A stretch of 64,000 nucleotides of DNA from Eledone cirrhosa (GCA_964016885.1 OZ024744.1:58528001-58592000); one strand, 5' to 3'; shown: positions 42,782 to 57,168, counted from the first letter of the stretch. Made by a program: numbers and translations. Notes: generated from the sequence alone by a model not told the origin.

Positions 42782-43475
42782 TAATAAAGTATATATCCCT
42801 ACACGCAAAAAGCGTCCAGGGACACATGTATTGTCCAACCATATGCCAATGTGGTTCAATGGCGGGTTAATAAATTAACGAGCCAGAACATATATAATCA
42901 AGGTTTAGCAAATAAGAAAAAGTTTTAAATCGAAACCGATTCGGTAAAGATAACCATAGTGCGTACAGTGAATTTTTTGAAACCTTGATTATATATGTTC
43001 TGGCTCGTTAATTTATTAACCTGCTGTTGAACCACATTGGCATATGGTTGGACAATACATGTGTCCCTGGACGCTTTTTGCGTGTAGGGATATATACTTT
43101 ATTATTATTAATCCCCTCTTGGTCGAGAAAAAATTTGGTCGTTTTGACTGCTGCTATTTATAGTGGTAGTAGACTGACCTCCCTGCCTCTACTTCTATCT
43201 TTACACACGGCACTGGACAGAATTGCTTCCACATCATTCATTCTCATCTCGGGAACAATTTTGAATAGCGCCAGTTCGTAATCTGAACTCAGGAATTTTA
43301 TATTCTCCGAGTGAAAAGAACTTTCTGACGAGAGTTTATCTTTTCAATGGAAGGCCGCAAGGACTGTCCATTTATTTTTGAGACTCGAAACCGATTCGGT
43401 AAAGGTAACCATAGTGAGTACAGTGAATTTTTTGATATTTATTTGGAAACTTTTTCTTATTTGCTAAACCTTGAG
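42782..43475 (+). mobile_element. ORF-less retrozyme-like element: ~486-nt unit bounded by two HHR cleavage sites, with an inverted arm
   Basis: GAAACCGATTCGGTA at 42932-42946 and 43387-43401 (455 nt apart; the first unit lacks 31 nt). Inverted arm 42782-42925; (TA)n flanks. Confidence 0.8.
43320..43406 (+). ncRNA. Canonical type I hammerhead ribozyme motif
   Basis: ACTTT-CTGACGA-GAGTTT..AGACTC-GAAA-CCG-att-CGG-TA-AAGGT. Full core, G10.1-C11.1 pair, 4-bp stem III, GUA triplet; predicted cut after 43401. Confidence 0.88.
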
Positions 43476-43495
43476 TATATATATATATATATATA

Positions 43496-43771
43496 TTAAG
43501 ACAGGGGGGAAGAAAAAATGGCTTCACTTGTGGTTTCAACAAATTTATTTTCTTCACAAAGTCCAAAAAGAATTTTTCTTAAAAAAAATTCTTTTATAAA
43601 TTAAGTTGTTGGTTGTTGGTTAGGTCTTAGGAGTTCTTGGTTAACGTAGGAGGTATTGTTTCGTTTTTAGAAAGATCTTTCACGCTGAGGTGCGCTTGTC
43701 AAACACTTTGTGAAGAAAATAAATTTGTTGAAACCACAAGTGAAGCCATTTTTTCTTCCCCCCTGTGTTAA
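43496..43771. repeat. Fold-back with ~67-bp inverted arms in (TA)n
   Basis: 43496-43562 is the reverse complement of 43705-43771; the right arm has an extra tail to ~43810. Confidence 0.85.
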
Positions 43772-43804
43772 TATACCTAACTGTACCAAGGATTACACAC
43801 ATTT

Positions 43805-43859
<55 letters not shown>

Positions 43860-43870
43860 GTTATATATAT

Positions 43871-46800
43871 ATTGTTATACTTGGGGAGGGTCATATTTGT
43901 GTAATAATATTGCCAGAATTAATAACAGAACACACTCACTGTTTGACTGGTTTTCGCTTCTGTGTTTTTTATATCGGTTAATTTAATGTATTCGGTCCTC
44001 AATGTTACCATTGACTGACCAACGGTCAAAAATACAGATACAATATATACACAAACACATATATATAGTCTATCAAAGTTCTTTCGTTGCACATCTGCAA
44101 CATCGTCAGTGGTGCTATTATATTTCCTCCCGTTGCATTGTATGCCTACGCCATCTTTATTTAGTCTGTTTATTTTATTATCTTCTCTGCGCATGCGTTT
44201 GCGTGTGTGTATAGTGTTTTGTTTGATGTGTGTTCTTGTTTGGGTGACTGTGTATTGGTTAATGTATTCTATCTTAGTTTACTAGTGTGTGTTTATATGT
44301 GTTTATTGTTATTGTGCTTGTCTATGTATTTATTTATTTATTTATACTTCTCTTAGGTCAGTGTTGTTTGTTTGGGTGTTGTTGTTATTCCATTCATTTT
44401 TTTCTGTTTAGCCTTGGCTTTCTAAGTTCTATTTCACTGGCCTCTCTGATTTGCCTATCTGCTGGGTCATTTCTATGTTTAGATATTATTCTAACTTCTA
44501 TGTTGTCTATGTTACCGTTGTGTTGTTGTCTGGCATGTTCGTATAGTACTGAACCGTTTTTTCGTCCTTTTAGTGTCCCCCCCCCCCCCCCCCACTGTTG
44601 GTCTATTTTTTCACCTATGCTACGAGCTGTCTCGCCTATGTATGTTGTTGTCATGTTTCTGCAAGTACCCTCTGTACATATAGACTATGTTTCTAGTTTT
44701 ACAGATGTGCAACGAAGGAACTTTGATAGACTATATATATGTGTTTGTGTCTATATTGTATCTGTATTTTTGACCGTTGGTCAGTCAATGGCAACATTGA
44801 GGACCGAATAAATTAAATTAACCGATATAAAAGACACAGCAGCGAAAACCAACCAAACAGTGAGTGTGTTCTGTTATTAATTCTGGCAATATTATTACAC
44901 AAATATGACCCTCCCCAAGTATGACAATATTTGTTTCGACACACGATTTCATATCAAAAACCTCGCAAATCTAATTCATCGCCGTTATGGCATTAGCTTG
45001 TGCCAAGCTGAAAGGTTATTGAAAGATACTGTTTTCTGTTATATAAAAACTACAATAACAACAGAACAAATCCGCTTCTTAAAACACTGTGTTTCCTTCA
45101 AAATATACACAACAAACATACCAAAACAAGTAAATAATTTATTATTGAACAAAACACAAGCTGAACGACTAAAACACACAATAACAGTTAATATGAAAAG
45201 AACAACATACACAAAAGTTAACGAACTTTACAGACAGAAACGCATTAACGGTAAGGAAGTCCGAAATCTCACCACACCACACGAGAGGGATGACTTCATG
45301 AGCGTCATTCGACGTGAAACGAAATACGTCCGAAACGAATGCAATAGGCATTTCAATAAGAAACTAGAATGGATGAATAAGAAAAAAACTAGAAGAAAAA
45401 AAAATAGAATATTCACAAAAATACCCAGATAATATCAACAATATCTGTATGACTGATGTAAAACTACCGGAAGAATTTACCAATGACCACACAGTAAATA
45501 TTTATGGGAACACTTTAATCAGTGAACAAGAACAACAAATCTTGCAGCTACCATCAAAGTTTGCCATCTACAAAAAGATTAACCCCATCGAGTGCAAAAC
45601 GGAGCTGGAAAATTGTTTCACAAAAATACGTTGGAATGCAAAAGTAAACAACAACAACAACTATACGGACAACAACAACAATAATAACGATAGTAGTAAT
45701 ATAAACAATAACTCTGAGTATAGAAATAACAGCTATAATAGTAATAGTCATAACAATAACAATAGGAGGAGAGTGAGAAATAGTAATAATGGTAATAATA
45801 TTAACGATAGACAGAACAACAACAACAACCACAATAATAATAATAATAATAATAATAGAAACATTAACACCAGACACAGCAGCAGCGACCACAGTAGTAA
45901 TAACGGTAACAATATAGTAACAACAACAACCACAGTGGTAATAATAGAAATAATATATGTAGCAAAATTAATGATAGACACAACAAAAATAACAACCACA
46001 ATGGTAGAAATAACAGTAACAACAACAATAACGGTGGAGAAAACAACAACAATACATCTAACAATCACAGCAATAATACATCTAGCAATCATAATAATAA
46101 TGTTAATGATAGGAACAACAACAACTGCCATATAGGAACAACAACAACCGCCATATAGGAACAACAACAACCGCCATAATAACAATAATAGCAACACACA
46201 CAACTATGACGATAGATATAATGACAACCCCTGAGAGAAACTATTCTTCAACCCAGCTGACAAAACATATAAGATGGGTAATATCTATCCTACGAGGTTA
46301 CCCTTTAATAAAAGAGTTAGCATACCACAACAAATAGATGACGAGACAGAGGCACAGTTCACCATAGCTAGAAATAAGATTAGACAAATAGTAGACCGAT
46401 ATACTAAGAGACAGAGCAGACCAGAGGCCCAACAACTTGGGAGGAAACCTGTAGAAGGCTTGGTTAGCCTCAAGCAGCGCACAAGGGATGGTGAGATAGT
46501 ATGTCTACCCACGGATAAGTCTGGTAGGCTGTCAATAGACAGCATGCCGAACTACATCAAGGCTATGCAACCCCACATCACCAACACGAGCGAAATTGCA
46601 CAGCAAATACATGATGGGAGAGAGAAAATCCTCAACGCTCACATGATGATATGGACCGACATCCTAAAGTCAAGCAGACGCACTGCCAACAACTTCCAGG
46701 CGTCTAACAACGGCATACCACCCTTGTATGGGCTCCGCAAAGACCACAAGACAGTCGACGACCCGACAACAGGATCACCAACAAGACCTGTGTGCGGAGC

Positions 46801-49068
46801 AAATATAGCTAGCAACTACAGGATCTCCTACTTCCTCTCAATGGTTATACGCCCCATAATCAAGATGTCCCCAGTACAGGGGACCTCCTCAGCAGAATCA
46901 GTGAGTGCAACAAAAACAGGAACCTATCCAACTGCATAATAGGCAGTATGGATGTAGTATCACTGTACCCATCCATTAACATTGATTTTGCTGTGGAAAA
47001 TGTGTGGAGATGATCATTGAGAGTGAAGTGAAGTTCTGCGACGTCGACACAGATGAACTGGGCCTCCTACTTAGACTTACCTACGACACTGACTACCTAG
47101 ACAGCCATGACCTTAGACGTTTCTGCCCCAGTATACCCATAAGAAGTAGACCCCCCACCATAACCTCAATGGCAAAAAAGACTCCCATGCGGAGGTGGAT
47201 TGGGTGGACCAAAGCTATACGGACCCCCCCAAAACAATGATCAGGTAAGAAAAATGGTCGCACATGTAATAGGGGCTAGTATCAAAACTACCCTAAAGGG
47301 CCACATATTCAAGTTCAACGAGAAGATCTACACCCAAAATGAGGGAGCAGCCATTGGCGTCAGCATAACTGGTGACGTTGCCAACCTTTTTATGGTATGG
47401 TGGGAAAAGAGACTCAAATATCTCCTTGATGAGAGCTCCATAGACCTCATCATGTACTCTCGTTACGTAGACGACATCAATATAGTAATAAGGACATCCC
47501 CACAAGAGAGCACTAACAAGTTTGATTTAGAACGTAGCACAATGGAAAGCATCCAGCAGATAGCTAATTCCATACACCAGAGTATAACTGTAACTATCGA
47601 CTACCCTTCCAAACACCCTAACAATAGACTACCTGTATTAGACACAGAACTCTGGATTAACACTATAGACGAGAGAGCCCAAATTCTCCACTCACACTAT
47701 GCTAAACCCATGGCCTCCAAATACCTGATACTCAAAAACTCAGCAATGTCCAGTAGTGCTAAGTTTAATATTCTGATCGCAGACTTGGTACAAGTAATGA
47801 AGAACGTGTCTCGCATGTGTGACCCAACAGAAATGGAAAGACACACCCAACACTTCATCAACCGCATGCAGTTCTCTGGCTACAACCGAAGAGACAGAAT
47901 CAGAGTATACGAAGGAGCCAGGGAGACGTATAAGACCCTCATAGAACTGGACATGAAAGGAATTTGCCCATTATACAGGAGCAAATCATGGAAAGCTTAG
48001 ATAGGACTAGACATAGGATAGGGAAAGCTACCTCATGGTACGACAACCAGAGATACCAGAGTGTCATGTTTGTGGAGGCTACCTCTGGAGGGAAATTAGC
48101 TAACCAGTGTAGAAAGGCCCTGAGAAAGACCCAGGTGGTAGAAAAGCCAGGAACCACCATAAAATCCCTGATCAGCAAAACCTACCCTTTTAAGAAAATC
48201 CACTGTACTAATAGGAAATGTATCATATGTAGAGTAAACCCCCGGATAAACTGTAAAACTAGAAACGTAGTCTATAGCATAAGATGTACAGAGGGTACTT
48301 GCAGAACAACATGACAACAACATACATAGGCGAGACAGCTCGTAGCATAGGTGAAAGGTTAGACCAACACTAGGGGGAACTAAAAGGACGAAAAAACAGT
48401 TCAGTACTATACGAACATGCCATACAACAACACAACGGTAACATAGACAACATAGAAGTTAGAATAATATCTAAACATAGAAATTGCGCAGCAGATAGGC
48501 AAATCATAGAGGCCAGCGAAATAGAAATTTGAAGGCCAAGGCTAAACAGAAACAATGAATGGAATAACAACAACACCCAAAACACACACTAGTAAACTAA
48601 GATAGAATACATTAACCAATACACAGTCACCCAAACAAGAACACACATCAAACAAAACGCTATACACATACGCAAATGTATGCGCAGAGAAGACAAAAAA
48701 TAAATAAATAAATAAATAAATAAACAGACTAAATAAAGATGGCGTAGGCATACAATGCAACGGAGGGAAACATAATAGCACCACTGACGTTATTGCAGAT
48801 GTGCAACGAAAGAACTTTGATAGACTATATATATATGTGTTTGTGTATATATTGTATCTGTATTTTTGACCATTGGTCAGTCAATGGCAACATTGAGGGC
48901 CGAATAAATTAAATTAACCGATATAAAAGATACAGAAGCGAAAACCAACCAAACAGTGAGTGTGTTCTGTTATTAATTCTGGCAATATTATTACACAAAT
49001 ATGACCCTCCCTAAGTATAACAATATTTGTTTCGACACACGATTTCATATCAAAAACCTCGCAAAACT
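43871..49068 (+). mobile_element. Near full-length PLE family D (Neptune-like) with upstream inverted partial copy and pseudo-LTRs
   Basis: Inverted arm 43871-44702; 5' partial pLTR 44702-44970; frameshifted ORF 44905-~48600; 3' pLTR to 49068. HHR at 44071-44114 (-) and, mutated, at 48779-48822. Confidence 0.92.
44905..48600 (+). pseudogene. Disrupted PLE RT-GIY-YIG ORF
   Basis: MTLPKYDN start, [62 protein letters not shown]. Several frameshifts and stops; Asn-rich tract at ~45640-46230. Confidence 0.9.
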
Positions 49069-49139
49069 ATATATATATATAATATATATATATAGAGAGA
49101 GATAATATATATAGAGATTATATATATATATATATATAT

Positions 49140-49761
49140 AAATTAATATGTATGTGATGAAACACAGATACCAACACATCTGTATATATATTGCAAAAGA
49201 AAAATTTAGCCAGATTGAAGTATACTAATTATTATACTACAGTTTGTCCATATCGATTTAAAATAATAAATCAACGAAGACGAACTGTATTGCCAAGAGG
49301 CCGTGATGTTTAGACACATTTAAATTTCAAAATCAAACCTGTTCCGTAGATAAGTTTAAACTTTAAGATCCAAATATGTTTCGAGTTAAATAAGTGTAGG
49401 AATATCATGTCCTGCTCTCCTCAGTAAACATCCAGAGACAAATTGATATGCTTCACTTCTAAATAATTTAAAAGACTGCGTGACGCACATGGTTTTACAG
49501 TATCTAACTAGTCTCATAACCGTATTGCTAGAAATAACAGTCGTATATATGAGGCGGCTTGCAGCTCAAACTAGGAACAGTTAAAATTAATAAGGTAATG
49601 AATTCTTTTACAATGGAATCAGCTCGAAGGAGGAAAATACCCCCTGAGCAGTGTATAAATTAATATGTATGTATGTGATGAAACACAGATACCAACACAT
49701 CTGTATATATATTGCAAAAGAAAAATTTAGCCAGATTGAAGTATACTAATTATTATACTAC

Positions 49762-49762
<1 letters not shown>
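49140..49762 (-). mobile_element. ORF-less, terminally redundant element, unit ~521 nt, with HHR core
   Basis: ~100-bp direct repeat at 49140-49240 and 49658-49762. Minus strand CTGAGGA-GAG..CTC-GAAA-catattt at 49367-49432; stems I and III are imperfect. Confidence 0.65.
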
Positions 49763-49857
<95 letters not shown>

Positions 49858-49992
49858 GTAGTTGTGTATAATGGTAGCTATGGTGCTTCCATAGGCGGTA
49901 TGCCAAAATTACCACTCGATATTCAGCAGAGTAGAGTGTAGATAGTATAAAGAAAACGAAAAATCAGTGATGCATCTGGACTTAATTTATTG

Positions 49993-50083
49993 CGTGTTAC
50001 AATTGTTTCGCCTGCAGGTAGCTCGAGACATGCTCCCTGTAAGGATCTGTCTGATTCTACGGCTGCAGGTTCTTTCAGACACG
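49993..50083 (-). ncRNA. Hammerhead motif with altered core, in an element spanning ~49860-50320
   Basis: CGTGT-CTGAAAGA-a-CCTGCAG..CTGCAGG-c-GAAA-CAATTG-TA-ACACG; palindrome ACAATTGT. Confidence 0.7.
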
Positions 50084-50689
50084 GGTAGTTCGTTCGGAGC
50101 AAATTTTATCACTGGGGTGTTATCATAAAAAAACACCCTCAAAAAACCCTCTTCCACTCTTGTCATGCCATTGGCTGTTTTTACTCCACGTCATCACAAG
50201 CTCTGGTCAGTATTTACTGCTACACGGGTCATCAGCCATTTTCTGCCCGACACACTTCAATGGAGTTATGGTGGGTTCAGCATCTCACACGTCTGTTCAG
50301 ACTCCAGAGTAAGCACCCAAACAATCGAATATACACACACATATACACACACATGCAGACACAGACATATTCGTGCATACACACACGTACGCCTACATGC
50401 GTAGACACACACACCCACATACATACATATATGTATATATATATACACACACGCTCTCCCTCACTTCCACGAACCCAGTCACAGCCACTTGTAGATACAT
50501 ATCGCCACAAGCCTTATAACAGCTGCTTCAGTCGCGCCATATATCCGGTCGGACAAGCATGGCCTACGCAAACATACACATATATACACACAACATACAT
50601 GCGCACAACCTTATATACATTTATATATATATAAGCACTCATACACACACATATATACATACACATATACATACACATACATACATATG

Positions 50690-50721
<32 letters not shown>

Positions 50722-50722
<1 letters not shown>

Positions 50723-51478
50723 TGTAGACATATTCTACGTGTGACGGTATTTTAACGATAGTTATAGCTCTGATTTATCTGAATTATGGAGCCCTCTGCC
50801 GCTCATCTCGAATTTTGTTTATCGTGAACTCGTGCGCCGATTTTTTGATACTCGATTATTCTACTATATTTAGCTCTAGACCTAGCTATTGACCAGTTAA
50901 TTTTATTGTTCATTTTTTGTCGATTCTATTAAATGATGAATAGCTCCTGTTTATTTTAACATGTCTATTGAGCACTCTTATTCGATATGTGTTATTCCAC
51001 ATTTTCCCGAATATTTTTTGCGGATATAAAGGTTATCTCCCTTGCTGAAATCCATGTGCGTATTTTCAACCTGGGTTTTGCCCTTTCATTCGTTCGGACT
51101 AAAGCTCGTTGAAGAAGTAAACTCCAGTCCGCTGGCGTCTAGAAGTCTTATATTTTTATGTGAGCTGATAGAGGACAGTTTAAGGATTTACAGAAACCCA
51201 AGAAGCTAGATTTACCATCTCTCTAGCGGGTCCGGGTATGCTTTTTACATTCATTTGATTTATTGATTTATTGATAATTTATCTGAGTGTCCCGAATCTT
51301 CCATCTTCCATATCGCAATTTTTCGGTCGTATGGTTGATTGTAGACATATTCTACGTGTGACGGTATTTTAACGATAGTTATAGCTCTGATTTATCTGAA
51401 TTATGGAGCCCTCTGCCGCTCATCTCGAATTTTGTTTATCGTGAACTCGTGCGCCGATTTTTCGATACTCGATTATTC

Positions 51479-51485
<7 letters not shown>
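50722..51485. mobile_element. ORF-less, terminally redundant element, unit 617 nt, in (TA)n
   Basis: ~147-bp direct repeat at 50722-50868 and 51339-51485. Only a weak HHR-like trace (TTGAAGA-a-gtaaa..tttac-a-GAAA, ~51109-51196). Confidence 0.7.
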
Positions 51486-51569
<84 letters not shown>

Positions 51570-51614
51570 TATACTCACACATGCCCACACATACATACAA
51601 AATACACATTACAT

Positions 51615-51721
<107 letters not shown>

Positions 51722-51996
51722 CATATACACACATGTACACACATTCATACATATATATATACGGATATATACAAAGGATATATGATAAAGTAATACAAAA
51801 AGAATAATAGTAATAAAATGCATATATATACTCCATATATAATCATCCGTACACATTCCTGAGAGATACACATAAACACATACATGTATGCACAAATGCA
51901 CATACACACATATAGATACCCACATATGCATACACCCACACATACATATATACATATATATATACATATACATATGTATATATACATATGTATATA

Positions 51997-52097
<101 letters not shown>

Positions 52098-52230
52098 ATA
52101 TACAGAGAGAGAGGGGGTTGGGGAGATGGTCGGATAATTATTAAGAAAGATTGATAGATATACATAGACATTGATATAAACATTGACATATACATATACA
52201 TGCATACATACATATATATATATATATATA

Positions 52231-52838
52231 TGGTGGCTGCCAACTCGTTTTCGAGTACGGCCATTACTTTATATCCATGTAGGAGAACTCCTACCGATGC
52301 GCTGAACGAGTGTGACTTTTTAGTCCAGCCAGCGACTTGAAAACTCTGGTACAAACACTACACTTGTGACAATTATTGACACATAGTGCTGGGCCCATGG
52401 TACCATGTGACGACAAGTGCAGAGAGATCTCCAGATATAAAGCAATGCCTGTGCCGTGAAGCTTTTATAGTGAGCAAAGGCACTGCACAAAGCCAGTCCC
52501 ACTCTCTTAACCAAGATGATATTTACCAAAAAGAAGAACAAGTCAACATCATTGGATACCATCAGGGTTGCAGGTGTTATATCAGAGTTTTCCTTCTCCT
52601 AGAATTCTGCCTTGACAAAGGCTAAGGGTCATCTCTCCCGGTGATTTTGGATGGCCATTGACTCTTAAGAACTCCTTTGCCCTTTGCCAGGTTTTGTTTT
52701 TAGTCCTGCAGGATGTCCAAAGTTACCTTCCTCACCAACAAATTTTGGTGGGGTTGCCAGTTTAGTCGCCAACGACCCGACCATGAGACAGGTTGTACTG
52801 GGATACATGTTACCAATAGCACCAACTGGTGACCTGAC
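52231..52838 (-). mobile_element. Full-length ~600-bp non-autonomous repeat
   Basis: Matches 755-1345. Confidence 0.85.
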
Positions 52839-52851
52839 ATACAATCATACA

Positions 52852-52946
<95 letters not shown>

Positions 52947-54774
52947 ATTGTTGTTTGGGATCAAATACTAAAAATATACTCAGTTGTAGTGAAGAGAAAG
53001 AAAGAAGATATTTATGGATCATTGACGAGAAACTTGCAGATCCAGTACCAAAAATACACGTCCAGTTTTATGCCTATTATTATTATTGGAGGGCAGTGGA
53101 TTGGCAATATCGGTAGAGAGTCAGACACCATGCTTTGTTACATAGAGTTATGGCCCTTGCCATTCTGAGTTCAAATCCCGCCGAGGTTAACTTTGCCTTT
53201 CATCCTTACGGGGTCGATAAAATAAAGCACCAGTAATGCACTGGGGTAATTGCTGGCCTTGTGCCTAAAGTAGAAACAATTATATGTATGTATTTATGTT
53301 TCCTGTTTCATTACTGTTTGATACCCTAGCGGTTCGACAAACGGAGATCGATAAAATAAATACCAGATTTGAAGAAATCAGTTCTGACGTCGACGTGATC
53401 GACTAAATCTCTTCACTGTGCCGCAGTAAAATAAATAAAAAGGCGAAAGAAAATAAAAATATCTAATATCAACGAATTAAATGAATGCTTCTATCTTCTT
53501 TGTTTAGTCTATACTTTATTGTATTCGATTTAACGAATGCCATCCTACAATCTTTTTAACCAAATTCGTCTCTTTACAAACTGCATTATAGAAAGCTAAA
53601 CAAAGATATCTTTCTCGGTTCTAGTTTAACGACTACGATTCTTTATGATAGCTTCTTTTCCTAACCTATATTTATTTCCATTAGGCCACGGTCGACTTAA
53701 CAAATATTAGCTTGTTTAACTTATTTAACCTACATAAGAAGCTTCGTGTTTCTTTTACTTCAGTATCTCGTAGTGAGTAAGCCTTTAATTGACGAAGAAA
53801 TAACGAGTTCTGAAATACATATATAGACGATCTTACACGAATGCTGAGGCAGCTATATAATCACTGTTTAAAATACTCACTGTCAGACTGTATTTAGGTT
53901 TGTTATACATAAACAGATTGCATATGTGCCCATATACGTATTTATTCTCAACCACGCTGTGTTGGGGCCATCGCTAATAAACAAAAATTCTTTATGATAT
54001 CTAATGTATCCGATCCCAGTTGGTATAACTTTACAGCTTCATAACTTCACTTTTCACTATTCTGAATGGTGAGACCTTTTACAGTCGTCACACCCTTCAA
54101 CTTTTTATTCGTTTAATGCAATACTAAGCTCTCGGATTTTCTCTTCTTTTTTTTTCAGATTTGTAAATTTATGAATTCTTTACGTTGTGAATTTTGATAT
54201 TACTTATTGGCCTTAACTTAAGAACCCCTTGGATCATGACTGACAATATATTAGCACTTGGAAAGTTCTTTTCTGTGGCACAAACCTGGGCACAATGTTT
54301 TTGTGGATGTCTAACAGTCACCCATGCATACTAGTCCCCCTTCTTCATGCCACTGAGGTTATCCAAAGAAATGGTAATGGCTAATACATCTTGGCACTAG
54401 TGACGTCGCAACTCATTTCTACAACTAAGTAAATTAGAGCAACGTGAAATAAGGTGTCTTGCTTGAGGACACAACGTGCCGCCCGGTCCGAAAATTTAAC
54501 TCATGACCTTAAGATCGTAAGCCTAACACCCTAACCATTAACTATGAATCAAAACAATTTCGTTAATTTCAAGACCGACAGACACTTATTTGTCCTCAAC
54601 TTGAAACAAGCGGGATTACATATGCTTAGAAACTACTGAGAGACAGACAAACAGGTAGATTGCTAGAGAGAGAGAAAAAAAAAACGATAGATACATAGAT
54701 AGATACATACATATATACGTACATACATATATACATATATACATACACACATACATGCATAAATACATACATAC

Positions 54775-54821
<47 letters not shown>

Positions 54822-55013
54822 TACATACATACATACATACATACATACATACATACATACATACATACATACATACATACATACATACATACATACATAC
54901 ATACATACATACATACATAGGTAGGTAGGTAGTTAGATTGACTGATTAATTGATTAATTGATAAAAACAACAAAAGCAAAACAAAACAAAATGAAACTTA
55001 ATTATGTCTATGT

Positions 55014-55252
55014 CAGAGGTTCCCAATCTTTTCACTTCCAAGGACCCCTTTTATTTAAATGAATTTTTCCAAAGACCCTCCAAGGCTACAATTACTCCCC
55101 TTAAACGGCGAGAATAACAATCAATAGAGAGAAATGTTTATACTAAGAGAAAAAAGTTGACACACAATAGTGTGTGTATAATATACTATATTTTAAAGAA
55201 AGTACTCGAAATTTTGAATGTAGCTCATGGAGTCCCAGGTTGTGAACCACTG
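55014..55252. mobile_element. hAT (Charlie-like) MITE
   Basis: Termini cagaggttcccaa / ttgtgaaccactg; 8-bp flanks gtctatgt / ctctatgt (7 of 8 match). Confidence 0.75.
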
Positions 55253-56299
55253 CTCTATGTGGTTGTGATATAGCAACCAAATATCACTTAACTCACACTC
55301 TTGGCTGTTTTGACATACGGCATTTCTTGGTCAATTTAAACCAGGTCTGAGTACAGTAGTGAGAGAGAGAGAGAGGAAATGAGAAAAAGATAGAGAGGAA
55401 GTATCGATCCCAGTACTAGACTGGTACTTTTTTATCGACCTCGAAAGGATGAAAGGCAAAGTTGACCTCGGTGGGATTTGAACTCAGAGAGCAGAGAGCC
55501 GGAATGACTACCATGAAGCATTCTGTCCGACGTTCTAACGACTCTGCCAATTCGCCGCCTCTCTAAATATCTAATTAAGTATAAATAAAATGTGATAGTT
55601 ACAGAATAGTAATCAAAAGAGAGAAATATTTTTACTTAAAGTAGAACTAATACCCAATAATAAGTGTATATTATAATTTTCAACAAAGTACTTCAAATTT
55701 TGAAACTACTTCATTTTATATAAAATATGATGGTTAGTCAGACCAATGGCCAAGTGGGATGGAGACACTGGATGACATTTCCTTACCTCATCCCAATCCC
55801 TTTCAATTCTCACCCCATTCAGTGGTGTACCCTCTGATTTAGAAATATTTACGGTGATATGCTTTTCCGAAACTGCAACTTCGAATTACTGCGAATTTTG
55901 TGTCGTCCACCCAGAATGTCCTAAAGACCAGTCGAGAACTAAAGCCTGGTGACACGTCTGAGGTTACAGAATAACAATCAAAAGAGAGAAACATTTATAC
56001 TTAAAGAATAATGAATACCTAATAATTATATTCTTCATTCTCTTATTATTTTATATCCGACATGTGGTGCGGTAAATAAATATATACATATACAGGGCGG
56101 TGGACTGACAGTATCGGTAGAGGGTCGGAGGCCATGCTTCGCAGCATAGAGTTACGGCCCTTTACGGTCTGAGTTCAAATCCTGTCGCGGTTAACTTTGC
56201 CTTTCATCCTTACAGGGTTGATAAAACAAAGTACCAGTAATGCACTGGGATGATTGCTGGCCTTGTGCCAAAGGTAGAAACAATTATTTTATATCCGAC

Positions 56300-56490
56300 A
56301 GATTTGCAGTCGAACACGAAGCAGTGGAGACTTCTGGTGTCCTTGGCTCTAGGGCCATCCTCCTGCCCACCACCATTGGCACAGAGTTGGCTACCTGCAT
56401 GTGTGAGCCTCACGAGCTGAAATGGCTCTTCCAGCGTGTCACCCTCACCATCCTCCAAAGAAACATCTTCACTATCCTGTCCACCGGAGC
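56300..56490 (+). pseudogene. C-terminal REL fragment of a CRE-like non-LTR element
   Basis: AVETSGVLG..IG..E..WLFQRVTLTILQRN..IL resembles the AVETxG..FQRLS..QRGN pattern. Confidence 0.6.
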
Positions 56491-56942
56491 CGCGGCGTGG
56501 CCAGTGTACCGGCCCCCATTTTCTTGTGGAGGCAGTATCAGTGGAAGTTTGGTTCTTTTGTGTTCGGATCTGGTGTATATGTATATATTTATTTACCGCA
56601 AAATTATGATTTTAACAAACTACTTGAAATGTTGATCTCAGCTCACCCACAGCCGCATCCATTACCAGTACTACATTTGCGGACTTCCCCAATGTTCTGC
56701 CTATCCTACGTTGAGAACCGCATGTCTATGTATAGGCTTGATTGTTTATGGAAATTATTGAAATTCTCAACAAAACTGCAGTAGCGACCTTTCTGTCTAA
56801 AAGGAAACCAACACCATCTATACTGATGAGTTTACCTATTTGCGTAGCAGATAAAAGCAGATAAAAAAAAAACACGAATGACATTCCATATTCTATTTTG
56901 ACAAAACAAGCCACCTCACATTTCTCTCTCTCTGTCTCTCTC

Positions 56943-56974
<32 letters not shown>

Positions 56975-56998
56975 ACTTTCTCATTCTCTCTCACTCTC

Positions 56999-57125
<127 letters not shown>

Positions 57126-57168
57126 AACTAATATAGCTAGCAACTACAGGATCTCCTACTTCCTCTCA

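Noticed and set aside
54135-54260. Polypyrimidine tract plus cag as a host exon acceptor
   Set aside because: No convincing reading frame or donor site; cannot be supported without RNA data.
56822-56870. CTGATGAG as a hammerhead core
   Set aside because: No closing stem II or GAAA. The opposite strand reads GVGFLL, more like a decayed LINE endonuclease fragment.
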